A stretch of 64,000 bases of DNA from an uncultured Gemmatimonadaceae bacterium (lineage in GTDB: Bacteria; Gemmatimonadota; Gemmatimonadetes; Gemmatimonadales; Gemmatimonadaceae): positions 160,001-224,000 of the forward strand of contig CAWHHI010000004.1 of NCBI GenBank assembly GCA_963829055.1, written 5' to 3'. The stretch's first letter is position 1, and each line of letters begins with the position of its first letter. Position numbers and translations under genes: made by a program. Shown here piece after piece: positions 32,411 through 43,435 of the stretch. The notes under the pieces are model-generated. The model was not told the DNA's origin and searched no databases. It saw nothing but the letters and a program-made list of their open reading frames with translations.

Positions 32411-33433
32411 TCACCGCAGCCGAATGAAGGCGAGGCCGTTGTTGGGATTCATCGGGATCACGAGCTGATTCGCGCCGGCATCGTAGCACATCGATGCGGC
32501 GCTCGGAATGTTACGGGCGATGAGCTCGGCGGGCTGACCCGAGCGGATCCGTGAGACTCCGCCGTTCACGACGCTACTCACGTACTTCGTGCCGTCGCGC
32601 ATGATCACGAGACCGTCGTTGCCGGCCTGCGCCGCCTTCTCGGTGCGCACGAGCCGGCCCTCGGGTGAGAACGTGAGCACCTCATCGTTGCCGATGTTCA
32701 CGACGACGACGTTTCCCTGTGCGTCGAACGCGACGCCGTTCGGCTGAAGCAGGGGCGCACCCTGCACGAAGATCGACGCAGTGCCGTTAGGCGTGATCTT
32801 CCAGACCTGCCAGGATGTGGAGTCGGCGCGGGTTCCCGTTTGCGTCGCGTAGATCGTTCCGTCGTTCGCGACCTCGATGTCGTTGAACCACGCCACGCGG
32901 TCGACGCGGATCTCGCCCGCCGGCGCGCCCGTCTTCATGTCGAACTGGCGAATGACCGCGACACTCGGATCGTTAGGCGTGGTGGCGCCGTCGCGATCGG
33001 CGACGTAGAGCTTCCCGTTCGCGATGTCGCTGCCGTACGGCTCGTTCAACACGAGCGGCGGCGTGAGACTCGCGCGCTCGGGCGGGTTCTGCACGCCGAT
33101 CCATCGCGCGGTGTGAACGGAGCCGTCGTGGTTGATGAACGAGACCCACGCGTTGTTCGTCTGCACGTTCTGCGGGACCCCGCGATTCGGCACGACGATG
33201 ACGCCGCGGTCCGCGTCGTACGAACAGCTCTCGGCCGAGTAGATCGCGCCGAAGACTTTGACGTTCGAGGAGACCGGCTCGAACGCTCCCGTCGTCGCAG
33301 GTGTGACCGGCAGCCCGACTCGATTGCCGACGGAGTAGGGCTGCGGCCCCTGCGGTTGCTGTGCCGCCAGGGGGCCCGCGCCGACAGTGGCAACTACCGC
33401 TATCAGGGCAGTCAGGCAGTCGATTCGCTTCAT
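32411..33433 (-). CDS. Exported beta-propeller protein (SMP-30/gluconolactonase-like)
   Basis: Signal peptide and repeated motifs AESC, FNDIEV, PNGV, NDGLV. Confidence 0.7.
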   Translation of the reverse strand: MKRIDCLTALIAVVATVGAGPLAAQQPQGPQPYSVGNRVGLPVTPATTGAFEPVSSNVKVFGAIYSAESCSYDADRGVIVVPNRGVPQNVQTNNAWVSFINHDGSVHTARWIGVQNPPERASLTPPLVLNEPYGSDIANGKLYVADRDGATTPNDPSVAVIRQFDMKTGAPAGEIRVDRVAWFNDIEVANDGTIYATQTGTRADSTSWQVWKITPNGTASIFVQGAPLLQPNGVAFDAQGNVVVVNIGNDEVLTFSPEGRLVRTEKAAQAGNDGLVIMRDGTKYVSSVVNGGVSRIRSGQPAELIARNIPSAASMCYDAGANQLVIPMNPNNGLAFIRLR

Positions 33434-33610
33434 GGACAGTCTCCAGTCATGTCGTGCGTTCTCGTGCGTTTAGAGGCGCTGCGTACCATTCTAGTCGCCC
33501 TGGTGCGGATGACGCATGCTGCCACAGCGAGCCCTAGCATCGTCCCTGTCGCTCGAGCGGTAGAGCAGCGACTTGTTTCGGTCCGGTCCGCGTTGTGCGA
33601 AGCGGACGGT

Positions 33611-34624
33611 ATGCCGTCTCCGCTGCTCTCGTTCTTCTCAGGGCGCTTCGCCGGAAGGCGCGCCGTCGAAACGATCGTGCCGGAGCGAACGTTCGCCGAC
33701 GTCATCCTTCCGCCCGCGACGCGCGCTACGCTCGATCAGGCGCTGAGCCAGGTCCGCAACCACGGGCTCATATTCGGCCGCTGGGGGCTCGGCGAGCGAC
33801 ACGCGACCGGGCTTGGCCTCGCGTTCAACTTTGCTGGGCCCCCCGGCACCGGTAAAACCATCTGCGCGGAGGCAATCGCGCACGCGCTCGGTAAGAAGTT
33901 GCTCATCGTCAACTACGCCGAAGTCCACTCGATGTGGGCGGGTGAGACCTCGAAGAACGTCGCGAGCCTCTTTCGCGCGGCGGCCGAGCAGGACGCCGTG
34001 CTGCTGTTCGACGAAGCGGACGCCATCGCCGCGCGTCGTTTCGGGCGCACGAGCCACGGGCTCGAGCGCGAGGCCAACACTACCGTCAACGTGCTCCTTC
34101 GCGAGCTCGAGAACTTCAATGGCGTCGTCATTTTCGCGACGAACCTCGCGGCCAACTTCGATCCCGCGTTCGAGCGGCGCATCCGCACCCACGTGATGTT
34201 CGAGATGCCGGGCCTCGAGGAGCGCGAACGCATCTGGCAGGTGCAGTTGCATCCAACGAAAACGCCGCTCGCCGATGACGTGGACTTCCGGGTACTCGCC
34301 GAGCGTTTCGCGGTGAGCGGCGGCGACATCAAGAACGCGGTGTTGAAGGCGGCAGCGGCTGCCGCATCCGAGCCCGGGCCTGACGTCGGAAAGCGTATTC
34401 ATCAACGGCACTTCGAGCGCGCGATGGAAGACGTCGTGGGGAATCGGAGCGTGATGCGGCAGTCGGTGCTCGACGACGACGCGCTCCAACGCACCGACCC
34501 CGCTGTTCAGGTCGTCCAGGCGATGGAGGAGCGCTGGCGGATGACGGCGCTGCTGGCGGCCGGGCTCGCGGCGCTTGCGCTCATTGTAGCGGTTGGTGCA
34601 CTGGGCATCGTGCTCGGTCGATAA
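33611..34624 (+). CDS. AAA+ ATPase with C-terminal transmembrane helix
   Basis: GPPGTGKT, LLFDEADA, FATN..DPAFERRI, SGGDIKNA and a hydrophobic C-terminus. Confidence 0.88.
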   Translation: MPSPLLSFFSGRFAGRRAVETIVPERTFADVILPPATRATLDQALSQVRNHGLIFGRWGLGERHATGLGLAFNFAGPPGTGKTICAEAIAHALGKKLLIVNYAEVHSMWAGETSKNVASLFRAAAEQDAVLLFDEADAIAARRFGRTSHGLEREANTTVNVLLRELENFNGVVIFATNLAANFDPAFERRIRTHVMFEMPGLEERERIWQVQLHPTKTPLADDVDFRVLAERFAVSGGDIKNAVLKAAAAAASEPGPDVGKRIHQRHFERAMEDVVGNRSVMRQSVLDDDALQRTDPAVQVVQAMEERWRMTALLAAGLAALALIVAVGALGIVLGR

Positions 34625-34717
34625 TCGCGGCGCCGCGCTGCTCGCGCTCGAGGCGGTTGCCGCTACTTCCACCGCGCAGCTCGAGTTGGACCCGCGCTTG
34701 CTCACGCTGCGTGGGAA

Positions 34718-36428
34718 ATGCGTCCGAATAGTCACTTCTCTCGAGCCACGAGGGTGCTGTGCGTAACATGGCCACTCGCGTGGGCGGTGCCCGCCCGCGT
34801 GGGTGCGCAGCAGAGCACGGCGCCCGCTACGTCTGCAACGCAGACAGTCGTCGCCGCTCCACCAACAGGAGGCGAAGCACCTAACTCTCCGCGCAGCGCC
34901 CTCAGGCGTTTCTTGGCGCTGGCCGACGAGGGCGACTTCGTCGGAGCGGCCCAGGTGCTCATGCCCGACGTGAGAGATAGAGTTCGGGCCGCCGAAACGG
35001 CCCGCCGGATCTACGAGGTCATGCGACGGCGAGTGGTGATCGACCTCGACAGCGTCTCCCCACTGGCGGAGGGAGATGTCACCGACGCCGAGCCCGTCCT
35101 GCAGGACCGCGTCGGCGTCATGTACGGCCGCGGCGGGGAGCAGTCGAGGCCGATCGTGCTGCGCCGCATAACGCGTGACAGGGAACAGCGGTGGGTGCTC
35201 GCGCCGGAGTCGGTCACGGCCCTCGAGACGGCGTACACGAGCCTCCCACGGTCGTGGGCCGAGGGTCGTCTGCCTCGAACTCTGCTCGAGTCCGGCCCAC
35301 TCGGCATTCCGCGATGGAAGTGGGCCTGGGGGATTTTCGCCCTCCCGATCGTCTGGCTGCTCACGCTCGTCCTCTCGGCGGGCCTGCGCGAGATCGCGGG
35401 AGCAGTGGCCCGCCGCACGACGACGAAGTGGGACGACGAGCTGGTGCGCCGACTACGCGAGCCGATGCGGCTGTTCCTGGCGTCGATTCTCGCACTGCCG
35501 GCAGTCGTGCTCCTCGAGCTCGACGCGAATACCACCGCGACCGCGTGGCGCATCCTGCGAGGGCTCACGATCGTCTCCGTCTTCTGGATGCTGCTGCGCA
35601 TGATCGGCGTTGCGCAGGAGCACCTCGCGCGAAAGGCGTGGGCGTCCGACCGCGCAAACGCGCAGACGATCGTGCCGCTCATCGGCCGGACGCTCCGCGT
35701 CGGACTCGGCGTCGTGGCGCTGCTGGTCGCGATCTCGCAGTTCGGCTACCCCGTGGCCACCTTGCTCGCCGGCTTCGGGCTCGGCGGCATCGTGGTGGCG
35801 CTAGCGGCGCAGAAGACCGTCGAGAACCTGTTCGGGTCGGTGACGCTCGCGGCCGACCGGGTCTTCCGCGTCGGCGACTGGGTGAAGTTCGAAGGGGCAG
35901 AGGGCGCCGTCGAGCGGATCGGGCTCCGCTCGACCCACGTACGGACGATGGACCGCACTCTGGTGAAGGTGCCTAACGGGCGGCTGGCGGACCTGCGCAT
36001 CGAGTCGTTCGGCGAGCGCGACCGGATCCGGTTCTTCACTACGATCCGCCTGGTGTACGGCACGACCGCATCACAGCTCCGGGCTGTCATCCGCGACACC
36101 GAGACCCTCCTCGACTACCCACGCCCGCGTGTGGCCCGAGGGCATCGCCGTCCGGCTTGTCGCGTTAGGCGAGTACAGCCTCGACGTGAACGTGAACGCG
36201 TGGTTCGCGATGACCAACTACGCCGAGTTCGAGCTCATACGCCAGGATGTCCTCCTGTCCATCATGGACATCGTCGAGCGCACCGGTACCCGGCTGGCCA
36301 TGCCGATGCAGGTGCTCCGTATCGAGGAGAACGGGAACGGCAGTGAGTCTGCCGCTCCCGCGCGCGGAGCAGCCGCGGCCGCGGCTGTCGCCGGTTCTCA
36401 TGTGCAGCCGGGCGTCGCCGACCGCTGA
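34718..36428 (+). CDS. MscS-family mechanosensitive channel with periplasmic N-domain (frameshift near 36120)
   Basis: LLAGFGLGGIVVALAAQKTVENLFGS, FRVGD, VERIGLRST, VPNG. Confidence 0.9.
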
Positions 36429-36692
36429 CGCAATCGCGGATCGATCTGCGCCTTCGCTTTGCGGGCGAGGGGGGCGCTCATCGCGCTTTCAGCGACGCGG
36501 GGTCGAGCCCACTCCACATCCGTTCGGCGACCTGTCTCGCCTCGCGCAGTGCTCGCGCGCCATCGGCGGCGAGCTTCACGTACCGGCGTGGCTTGCCCCC
36601 TCGCTCGGGTCATAATCCGGCAAGCAGAACTCTTGGTGGGACTGAACAGGTCAGTGCGGTGGCGCCTGTCGCGCGCTACGTTTCTCGCAACC

Positions 36693-37074
36693 ATGCGACG
36701 TCGGTCCCCGGTCACCCGCGCACTCTTCAGCCTCACCGCCCTCGTCACGGTGTGGTGCCTCGGCTGCAGCGCGTTCGACCCGCTCATCGCCAGGCTGATC
36801 TCCAGCGACGGCCCGATGATGGTGTGCGCGTCCGAAGCTCCGGCATCGGTTCAGGCGGCGGGGTCAGACAATCCCGTCGGTAAGTGCCCCGGCGGACCGT
36901 GATGCGAGCGACGGCGCCACGTGTGGGTGCGCGTCGTGTACCGCGCCCGCGCCGACTGGTTTCGCGGTCGCCGGACCGGCTCAGGCGTTACCGCAGCAGC
37001 CCACGACCGACGCCGGCTCGCCGACGAGCGTCGTGCGTACCCCGCTCGTCCCGCCGCCCCAGCGCGCTGCCTAA
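36693..37074 (+). CDS. Cys-rich leader-like protein upstream of the metal efflux operon (apparent extra C near 36875)
   Basis: N-terminal hydrophobic segment. The second frame (not in the ORF track) reads SVSAPADRDASDGATCGCASCTAPAP...VRTPLVPPPQRAA*. Confidence 0.65.
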
Positions 37075-37214
37075 CGGGAGACGTGTGTCCGCGCGCGACG
37101 CGATCGCGCCAGCGGACTGACCGTCGGCTCGTCCGAGTCCTCGACGAATCGCCCCGCGGCGGCAGAGCCGTGGTGCTCGCTCAACGACACAACACGCCAC
37201 GCCGGACAGAAAAC

Positions 37215-38638
37215 ATGATCGGTCACCGTTCGTCGGTCCTACGCCGTCGACGCCAGCGCTCCGCCATTGTGCGTGCGACATTCCTCGCCGCGATAGCGGG
37301 AGTCACTAGCCACGGCGCCATCGGCAGGAGCACAGGCCGGTCACTCGGCCGTGGGCGTCCAAGCCCTCACGCTGCACGACGTGCTCGACAGCGCGCTCGC
37401 GCGCCACCCGCTCGTCGAAGCAGCGCACGCCCGGGTCCGTGCCGCGCACGGCACTCGAACAACTGCCGGCGCGTTCGGGAACCCGATGCTGAGCTACGAC
37501 GTCGAGAACGCCCCGTTCCCGGGCGGGAGCCGGGTCACCGGAATGGCACGCGAGACGATGACGACCGCCACGCTGCCACTCGAGAGCATTGTCCAGCGAT
37601 TCCCTCGGACGCGACGCGCCGACGCGGAGGTGCGCGCGGCCGAGGCGGATGCACGCGGGGTACGCCAGCAGCTCGCGCTCGACGCGTCGCGGGCGTTCTT
37701 CCGAACGGCACTCGCGCAAGTCAGCATCGAGGTCGCGCGGGGACCTGACCACGTGGCTCGACTCCGTCGTCGCCTACAACCGGACGCGCGTCGAGGAAGG
37801 TGTCGCGGCGGAAGCGGATCTGATCCGGGCCGAGCTGGAACGCGACCGCGCCGCGGCGCAGCTGACGCTGCACGAGGCCGACTACGCGCGCACGCGCGCC
37901 GAGCTCGCGGCCTTCCTCGGCGACCTCAGGTCAGGTGTCCCGAACGTCGTCGTCACGATCGATGACGCGCCGATACCGCTGCCAGACTTCCCGGACTCGT
38001 CGAGTGCGCGCATCGACGCGCACGCCGCTCCGCTCGCAGTCGCGCAGACAGACCTCGAGCGCCGGCCGGACGTGCGAGCGGCGCGCGAACGCCTAACGTC
38101 TGCGGGAGCCGGAGTCTCGGTCGAGCGCGCTACCATCCTGCGCGAGCTCGGGGCCACGTTCGGCGCGAAGCGTACCGCCGGGACAACGTCGATGGTGGCT
38201 GGGCTCAGCCTGCCGCTGCCGATCTTCGATCCGAATCGCGGCGAGATCGCTCGCGCGTCCGCCGAGCGCGACGTGGCGGCGCTCGACCTCGCGGCACGGG
38301 AGCGCACGGCGCGTGCGGAGTTGGCGGGCGCTTACGAGGCGGCGCGACTTCTGACAGCGCAGGTGTCGCTGCTCACTCGCGGAACTGCCGGTCGGCCAGC
38401 GTTCCTTTCCCGCGCCGATGAGGCGCGTCGCATCGCGCTCGGCGCGTATCGCGAGGGCGCAGTTCCCCTGCTGCAGGTCATCGACGCGGCCCGAGCGTGG
38501 GGTGACGCGCGGCTCGCGTTCTACGAGACGTTATACGCACAGCACGAGAGCGTCGCGCTGCTGCTCGTCGCACGGGGCGATGACCTGTTCACCGAACTGC
38601 CCGCGCTCGCGCGCAGTGGGCAGCGAACTCCGCGCTGA
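37215..38638 (+). CDS. TolC/CzcC-like outer membrane efflux protein (frameshifted)
   Basis: LTLHDVLDSALARHP, RRPDVRAA, LPLPIFDPNRGEI, AYREGAVPLLQVIDA. Confidence 0.87.
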
Positions 38639-38651
38639 CCGAGGCGACGAC

Positions 38652-39990
38652 ATGCCATTCATTGACGAAACAGGCGACGTTAGGCCGTCACCTCGCGGCG
38701 CCCGACTGATTGGTGCCCTGGCTCGAGCCACAACGATCGCCGCACTCATCGGGTGTCGGGATAATACCGCCGAGAAGGGCGAGACCATGAAGGACGACAC
38801 GGCGCGAAAGGTGGCGTCGGCCGACAGCGGGGCGGCGGGGAAGGGAATGGCCGGGATGAACATGGCATCGCCGACGGTCGCACCGGACAGCGCCGCGGCA
38901 GCGGGCACGCAGGTCACGCTCACCGCGAGCCAGATACGCCACGGCGGCGTGGCGTGGCAGCCCGTGACCGTGGGCACGGCGGCGGCCGTGGTCTCCGTTC
39001 CCGGGCAGCTGGTGCCTAACGAAGATCGCACTGCGCGCCTCGGGTCGCCGGCGTCCGGTCGGGTCATCGCCGTCCGGTCTCGTCCGGGGGACCGCGTCGC
39101 GCGAGGCCAGGTGCTCGTCACGCTGCAGAGCCCCGAGGCGGGCGGGGCACAATCCGACTACGCCAAGGCGCAGGCGGAGCTCACGTCGCAGCGCGCGCAG
39201 GCCACGTACGCGAAAAGCGCCCGCGCCCGCGCGGAACGTCTGCTCGCGCTCAAGGCGATCCCGCGGCAGGACTACGAGCGCGCGGTCGCCGACGACGAGC
39301 TTGCGCAGAGCGCGGTCGTTCAGGCGGAGGCCGAGTTGACGCGAGCGCGCAGCTCGGCGGAACAACTCGGGGCGATCGGCTCGGCCAACGGGGAGATCGC
39401 GTTGACGACGCCGCTGGCCGGTGTTGTTCTGGCGCGGACCGCTGTGCCAGGGACCGTGGTGGAGGCCGGCGCGCCGCTCGTCGTCGTCACTGATCCAACG
39501 ACGCTCTGGCTGACGATCAACGCGCCGGAGTCGCTCGCTGGCGCATTCCGCACGGGCGCGACAATGAGCTTCAGGGTCCCGGCCTACTCTCGGGAGTTGT
39601 TTACGGCGCGCGTCGACGCGGTCGGGGCCGGCCTCGACCCCGGCACGCGGACCCTTCCGGTGCGCGCCACGGTCGACAACCGCAGCTGGCCGGCTCAAAC
39701 CCGAGATGCTTGCGACGGTCATGGCAGCCGGCGGCCCACAGGTCGCGGCGGCGATCGTGCCTGACGCGGCGGTGCAGATGCTCAAGGGAAAAACCGTCGT
39801 GTTCATCGCCCGGCCCGCGCCTAACGGGAGTGCGACGTTCACGCGCCGCGAGGTGGAGGTCGGCTCTCGAGCGGACGGCCGCGCCGCGATCCTCAGCGGC
39901 CTCGCAGCGGGCGATGTCGTCGTGACCACGGGCGCCTTCGCGGTGAAGGCCGAGTTCGAGAAGGGCAGCATGCCGAAGATGGAGATGTGA
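38652..39990 (+). CDS. RND efflux periplasmic adaptor (CzcB/CusB-like; frameshift near 39690)
   Basis: PGDRVARGQVL, TPLAGVV, LDPGTRT, GLAAGDVVVTTGAF. Met-rich patches MAGMNMA and SMPKMEM. Confidence 0.88.
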
Positions 39991-39992
39991 CG

Positions 39993-42900
39993 ATGACCGT
40001 TCCACGCAGCGTCATCGAGCGCGTGATCGACGCGTCGATCCGGCATCGCGCGATCGTCATCGGCGCGACACTCGCCGTCGCCGCCGCGGGCACCTGGGCA
40101 TTCGCGACGCTCAAGACGGACGCCTTTCCCGACCTGACGCCGAACCAGGTGCTCGTCATGACCGAGGCGCCCGGACTCTCGCCCGTCGAGGTCGAGAATC
40201 AGGTCACGTACCCGATGGAGGTCGCGATGCTCGGCCTCCCGCGCACGACCGATGTCCGATCGATCTCGAAGGTCGGGACTCTCCGTCGTTACCGTGACGT
40301 TCGAAGACGACGTCGACCTCTACTTCGCGCGCGCGCAGGTGCAGCAGCGCATGCAGGACGCAATAATGTCCCTGCCCGATGGAGCAGAGCCGATGCTCGG
40401 GCCGCCGGCGACAGCGATGGGGGAGGTGTTCCAGTACCTCGTCGAGGCGGACGACGGCGCACGAGACAGCCTGACCTTGCTCAACCTGAGCAACGTTCAG
40501 GCGTACGTGATCGCGCCACTCCTTCGAACCGTGCCCGGCGTCGCGTCGGTGAACGCGTGGGGCGGTCTCGAGCAGCAGTTCGAGGTGCTCGCCGATCCCG
40601 CGAAGCTCGCCGGCTTCGGCCTCACGCTCCACGACCTCGAGACCGCGCTCGCGAACAACAACGCGAACTTCGGCGGCGGCTACATCGAGGACCGCGGCGA
40701 GCGCCTAACGCTGCGCGGCCTCGGGCGGGTTGCTGACACGACCGACATCGCGAACGTCGTCGTCGCCACGCGGGAGGCGACGCCGGTCTACGTCCGTGAC
40801 GTGGCGCGCGTCACGATCGGCGGCGCACCGCGATTCGGCGCCGTGACGCGGGACGCGCGCGGGGAGGCGTTGTCGGCGGCCGTCATCATCCTCAAGGGCT
40901 CGAACGGACGCGAGGTCGTCTCCCGCGTGCTCGCGCGGCTCGAGGAGATCAAACGCGTTCTGCCGCGCGGGGTCACCATCCGCCCGTTCTACAACCAGGG
41001 CGAGGTCGTCGAGCGCACGACCCACACGGTGTTCCGGAACCTCATCGAAGGGGCACTGCTCGTCACCGCGATCCTGTTCCTGTTCCTCCGCACGTTCCGC
41101 GCGTCGCTCGTCACGGCGTCCGTCATCCCGCTCTCGTTGTTGATCGCGTTCCTCGCCATGCGCGAGTTCGGCGTCTCGGCCAACCTCATGAGCCTCGGGG
41201 CGCTCGACTTCGGCCTCATCGTCGATGCGTCGGTGGTGATGGTCGAGAACTACGTGCGCCGGCTGCACGGCCAGCACGCACTCGCGCCTGACGCACGGCG
41301 CGACCTGATACGCGAGGCGGCGTTCGAGGTCGGTCGCCCCGTCGTGTTCGGCGTCGCGATCATCGTCGCGGTGTACGTGCCCATTTTCACGCTCGAGGGG
41401 CTCGAGGGCCGCATGTTCCGGCCGATGGCGTTCACCGTCTGCGCGGCCGTGCTCGGCTCACTCCTCCTCGCGCTCACGTACGTTCCCGCCGCGTCAGCGT
41501 ACGTCTTCGCACGCGAGGGCGGCGCGCGAACGTCGCGACGCACCCACGAGGACGCGCGTTGGTTCGTTGCGTTGCGCGCGAAGTACGCCGGAGCGCTCGA
41601 GTGGGCGCTCACACATCGCCGCGCCGTGGTCGGCGGCGCACTGGCGTTGCTCGCCGTGTCGCTCGGGTCAGTCCCGTTCCTCGGCACCGAGTTCATGCCG
41701 AAGCTCGACGAGGGCTACATGCTGATCGAGACGCGCCGCGCGCCGAGTGCGGCGCTGGCGCAGGGCATCGCCGTCTCCGAGGACGTGGAGCGCACGCTCA
41801 GATCCCTTCCCGAGGTGGCGCGCGTCGTGACGAACCTCGGCCGGCCGCACGAGGCGACCGAGACGATGGCGCTCAACCAGGGCGACGTATACGTGACGTT
41901 CAAACCGAAGCGCGAGTGGCGCGACGGTTCGCTGGACGCGTTGATCGAGCGCATGGACTCGGCGCTCGCGGAGATTCCGGGACTCGACTACGAGTTCAGC
42001 GCGCCGATGCGCATGCGGCTCGACGAAGTGATCTCGGGCGTCCGCACCGACCTGGGCGTGAAGCTCTACGGCGACAGCCTGCCGCTGCTCCAGGAGAAGG
42101 CGGCTGAGGTCGAGCGCGTCATTGCCGCAGTGCCGGGCGCCGAAGACGTGTCGGTCGGCGCGAGCGCCGGTGCGATGCAGCTCGAGGTCGATCTCGATCG
42201 CGCGGCGATCGCGCGCTACGGCCTCAACGTCGCGGACGTGCGCGAGGCCGTCGAGTCGGGGATCGGCGGGGCCGCAACGACGGAGGTGCTGGATGGGCGG
42301 CGACGCTACCCGATTGTCGTTAGGCTCGACGCGCCCTACCGCTCGACGCCCGAGGCCGTGGGCCAGACGCTGATCCGGACACCGGCGGGGGGAACGGTGA
42401 CCCTGTCGCAGGTGGCGCGCCTGCGGACCGTGGAAGGACCGGAGGTCGTCGAGCACGAGGGGGGCCAGCGCTTCGTGGTCGTGAAGAGCAACGTGCGCGG
42501 GCGCGACCTCGGCAGCTTCGTGGCCGACGTCCGACGCGCGGTCGCCGAGCGGGTGACAATGCCGCCCGGCTACTTCACGGCGTACGGCGGGCAGTTCGCG
42601 AACCAGGCACGCGCGACGCGGCGACTCGCGGTCATCGTGCCGCTCGTGCTGCTCCTCATCGTCGTTCTGCTCTACGCGAGCTTCGGGAGTGTGCGGCACG
42701 CGCTGCTCGTCATGCTCAACGTGCCGTTTGCGCTCGTTGGCGGGATCGCCGCGCTCTGGCTGCGCGGTCTGAATCTCAACCTCAGCGCGTCGGTCGGCTT
42801 CATCGCGCTGTTTGGCGTCGCGGTGCTCAACGGCGTCGTGCTGCTGTCGTACATCAACCAGCTTCGGGCTGCCGGCCGCACGTTAGGCGACGCCGTCCGT

Positions 42901-43173
42901 GAGGGTGCCGCGGTTCGGCTGCGGCCCGTGCTCATGACCGCGCTCGTCGCATCGGTCGGCTTCATCCCGATGGCCGTTTCCACGAGTGCGGGCGCCGAGG
43001 TGCAGCGGCCGCTCGCGACGGTGGTTATTGGCGGCCTCGTGTCTTCGACGTTCTTGACTCTCCTCGTGCTACCGACCGTCTTCGCGTGGCTGGAGGAGAG
43101 ACGACTCGCGAGGAAGTCGCTTCCGGCGGAGCGAATACCGGCCGCCGGCGACCCGTCGGCTGCGATTGGGTGA
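39993..43173 (+). CDS. CusA/CzcA heavy-metal RND transporter (frameshift near 40275)
   Basis: DAFPDLT, ANLMSLGALDFGLIVDASVVMVEN, EGRMFRPMA, GAEVQRPLATVVIGG. Confidence 0.93.
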
Positions 43174-43435
43174 GGACGGCCGGATGCCACATCGGAGCCA
43201 CGTGATGGCGGGCAATGCACCGCAGAACGCAACGCGTAGCGGAGTTCGACGATGCGCCTTGCCTCGGACCGCCATCCGCTTAACGTGCTTGTGGGAGGTA
43301 TGCGGTTCGCCGTGAACGTGGACGGCTGTTCGCGAACCGCGCGCGGCGAGTGGCTGAAGATCTTCATGAGGTAAGGGTCGCACCAGAACCATCGGTGGTG
43401 TGTGTGCCATTCCGCACCGTCGCAGGTGTGGTTCA

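Noticed and set aside
43174..43435. Riboswitch in the 260-bp region upstream of the Oar-like TonB receptor
   Set aside because: I could not recognise cobalamin, TPP or other conserved motifs by eye. An Infernal/Rfam scan would be needed.
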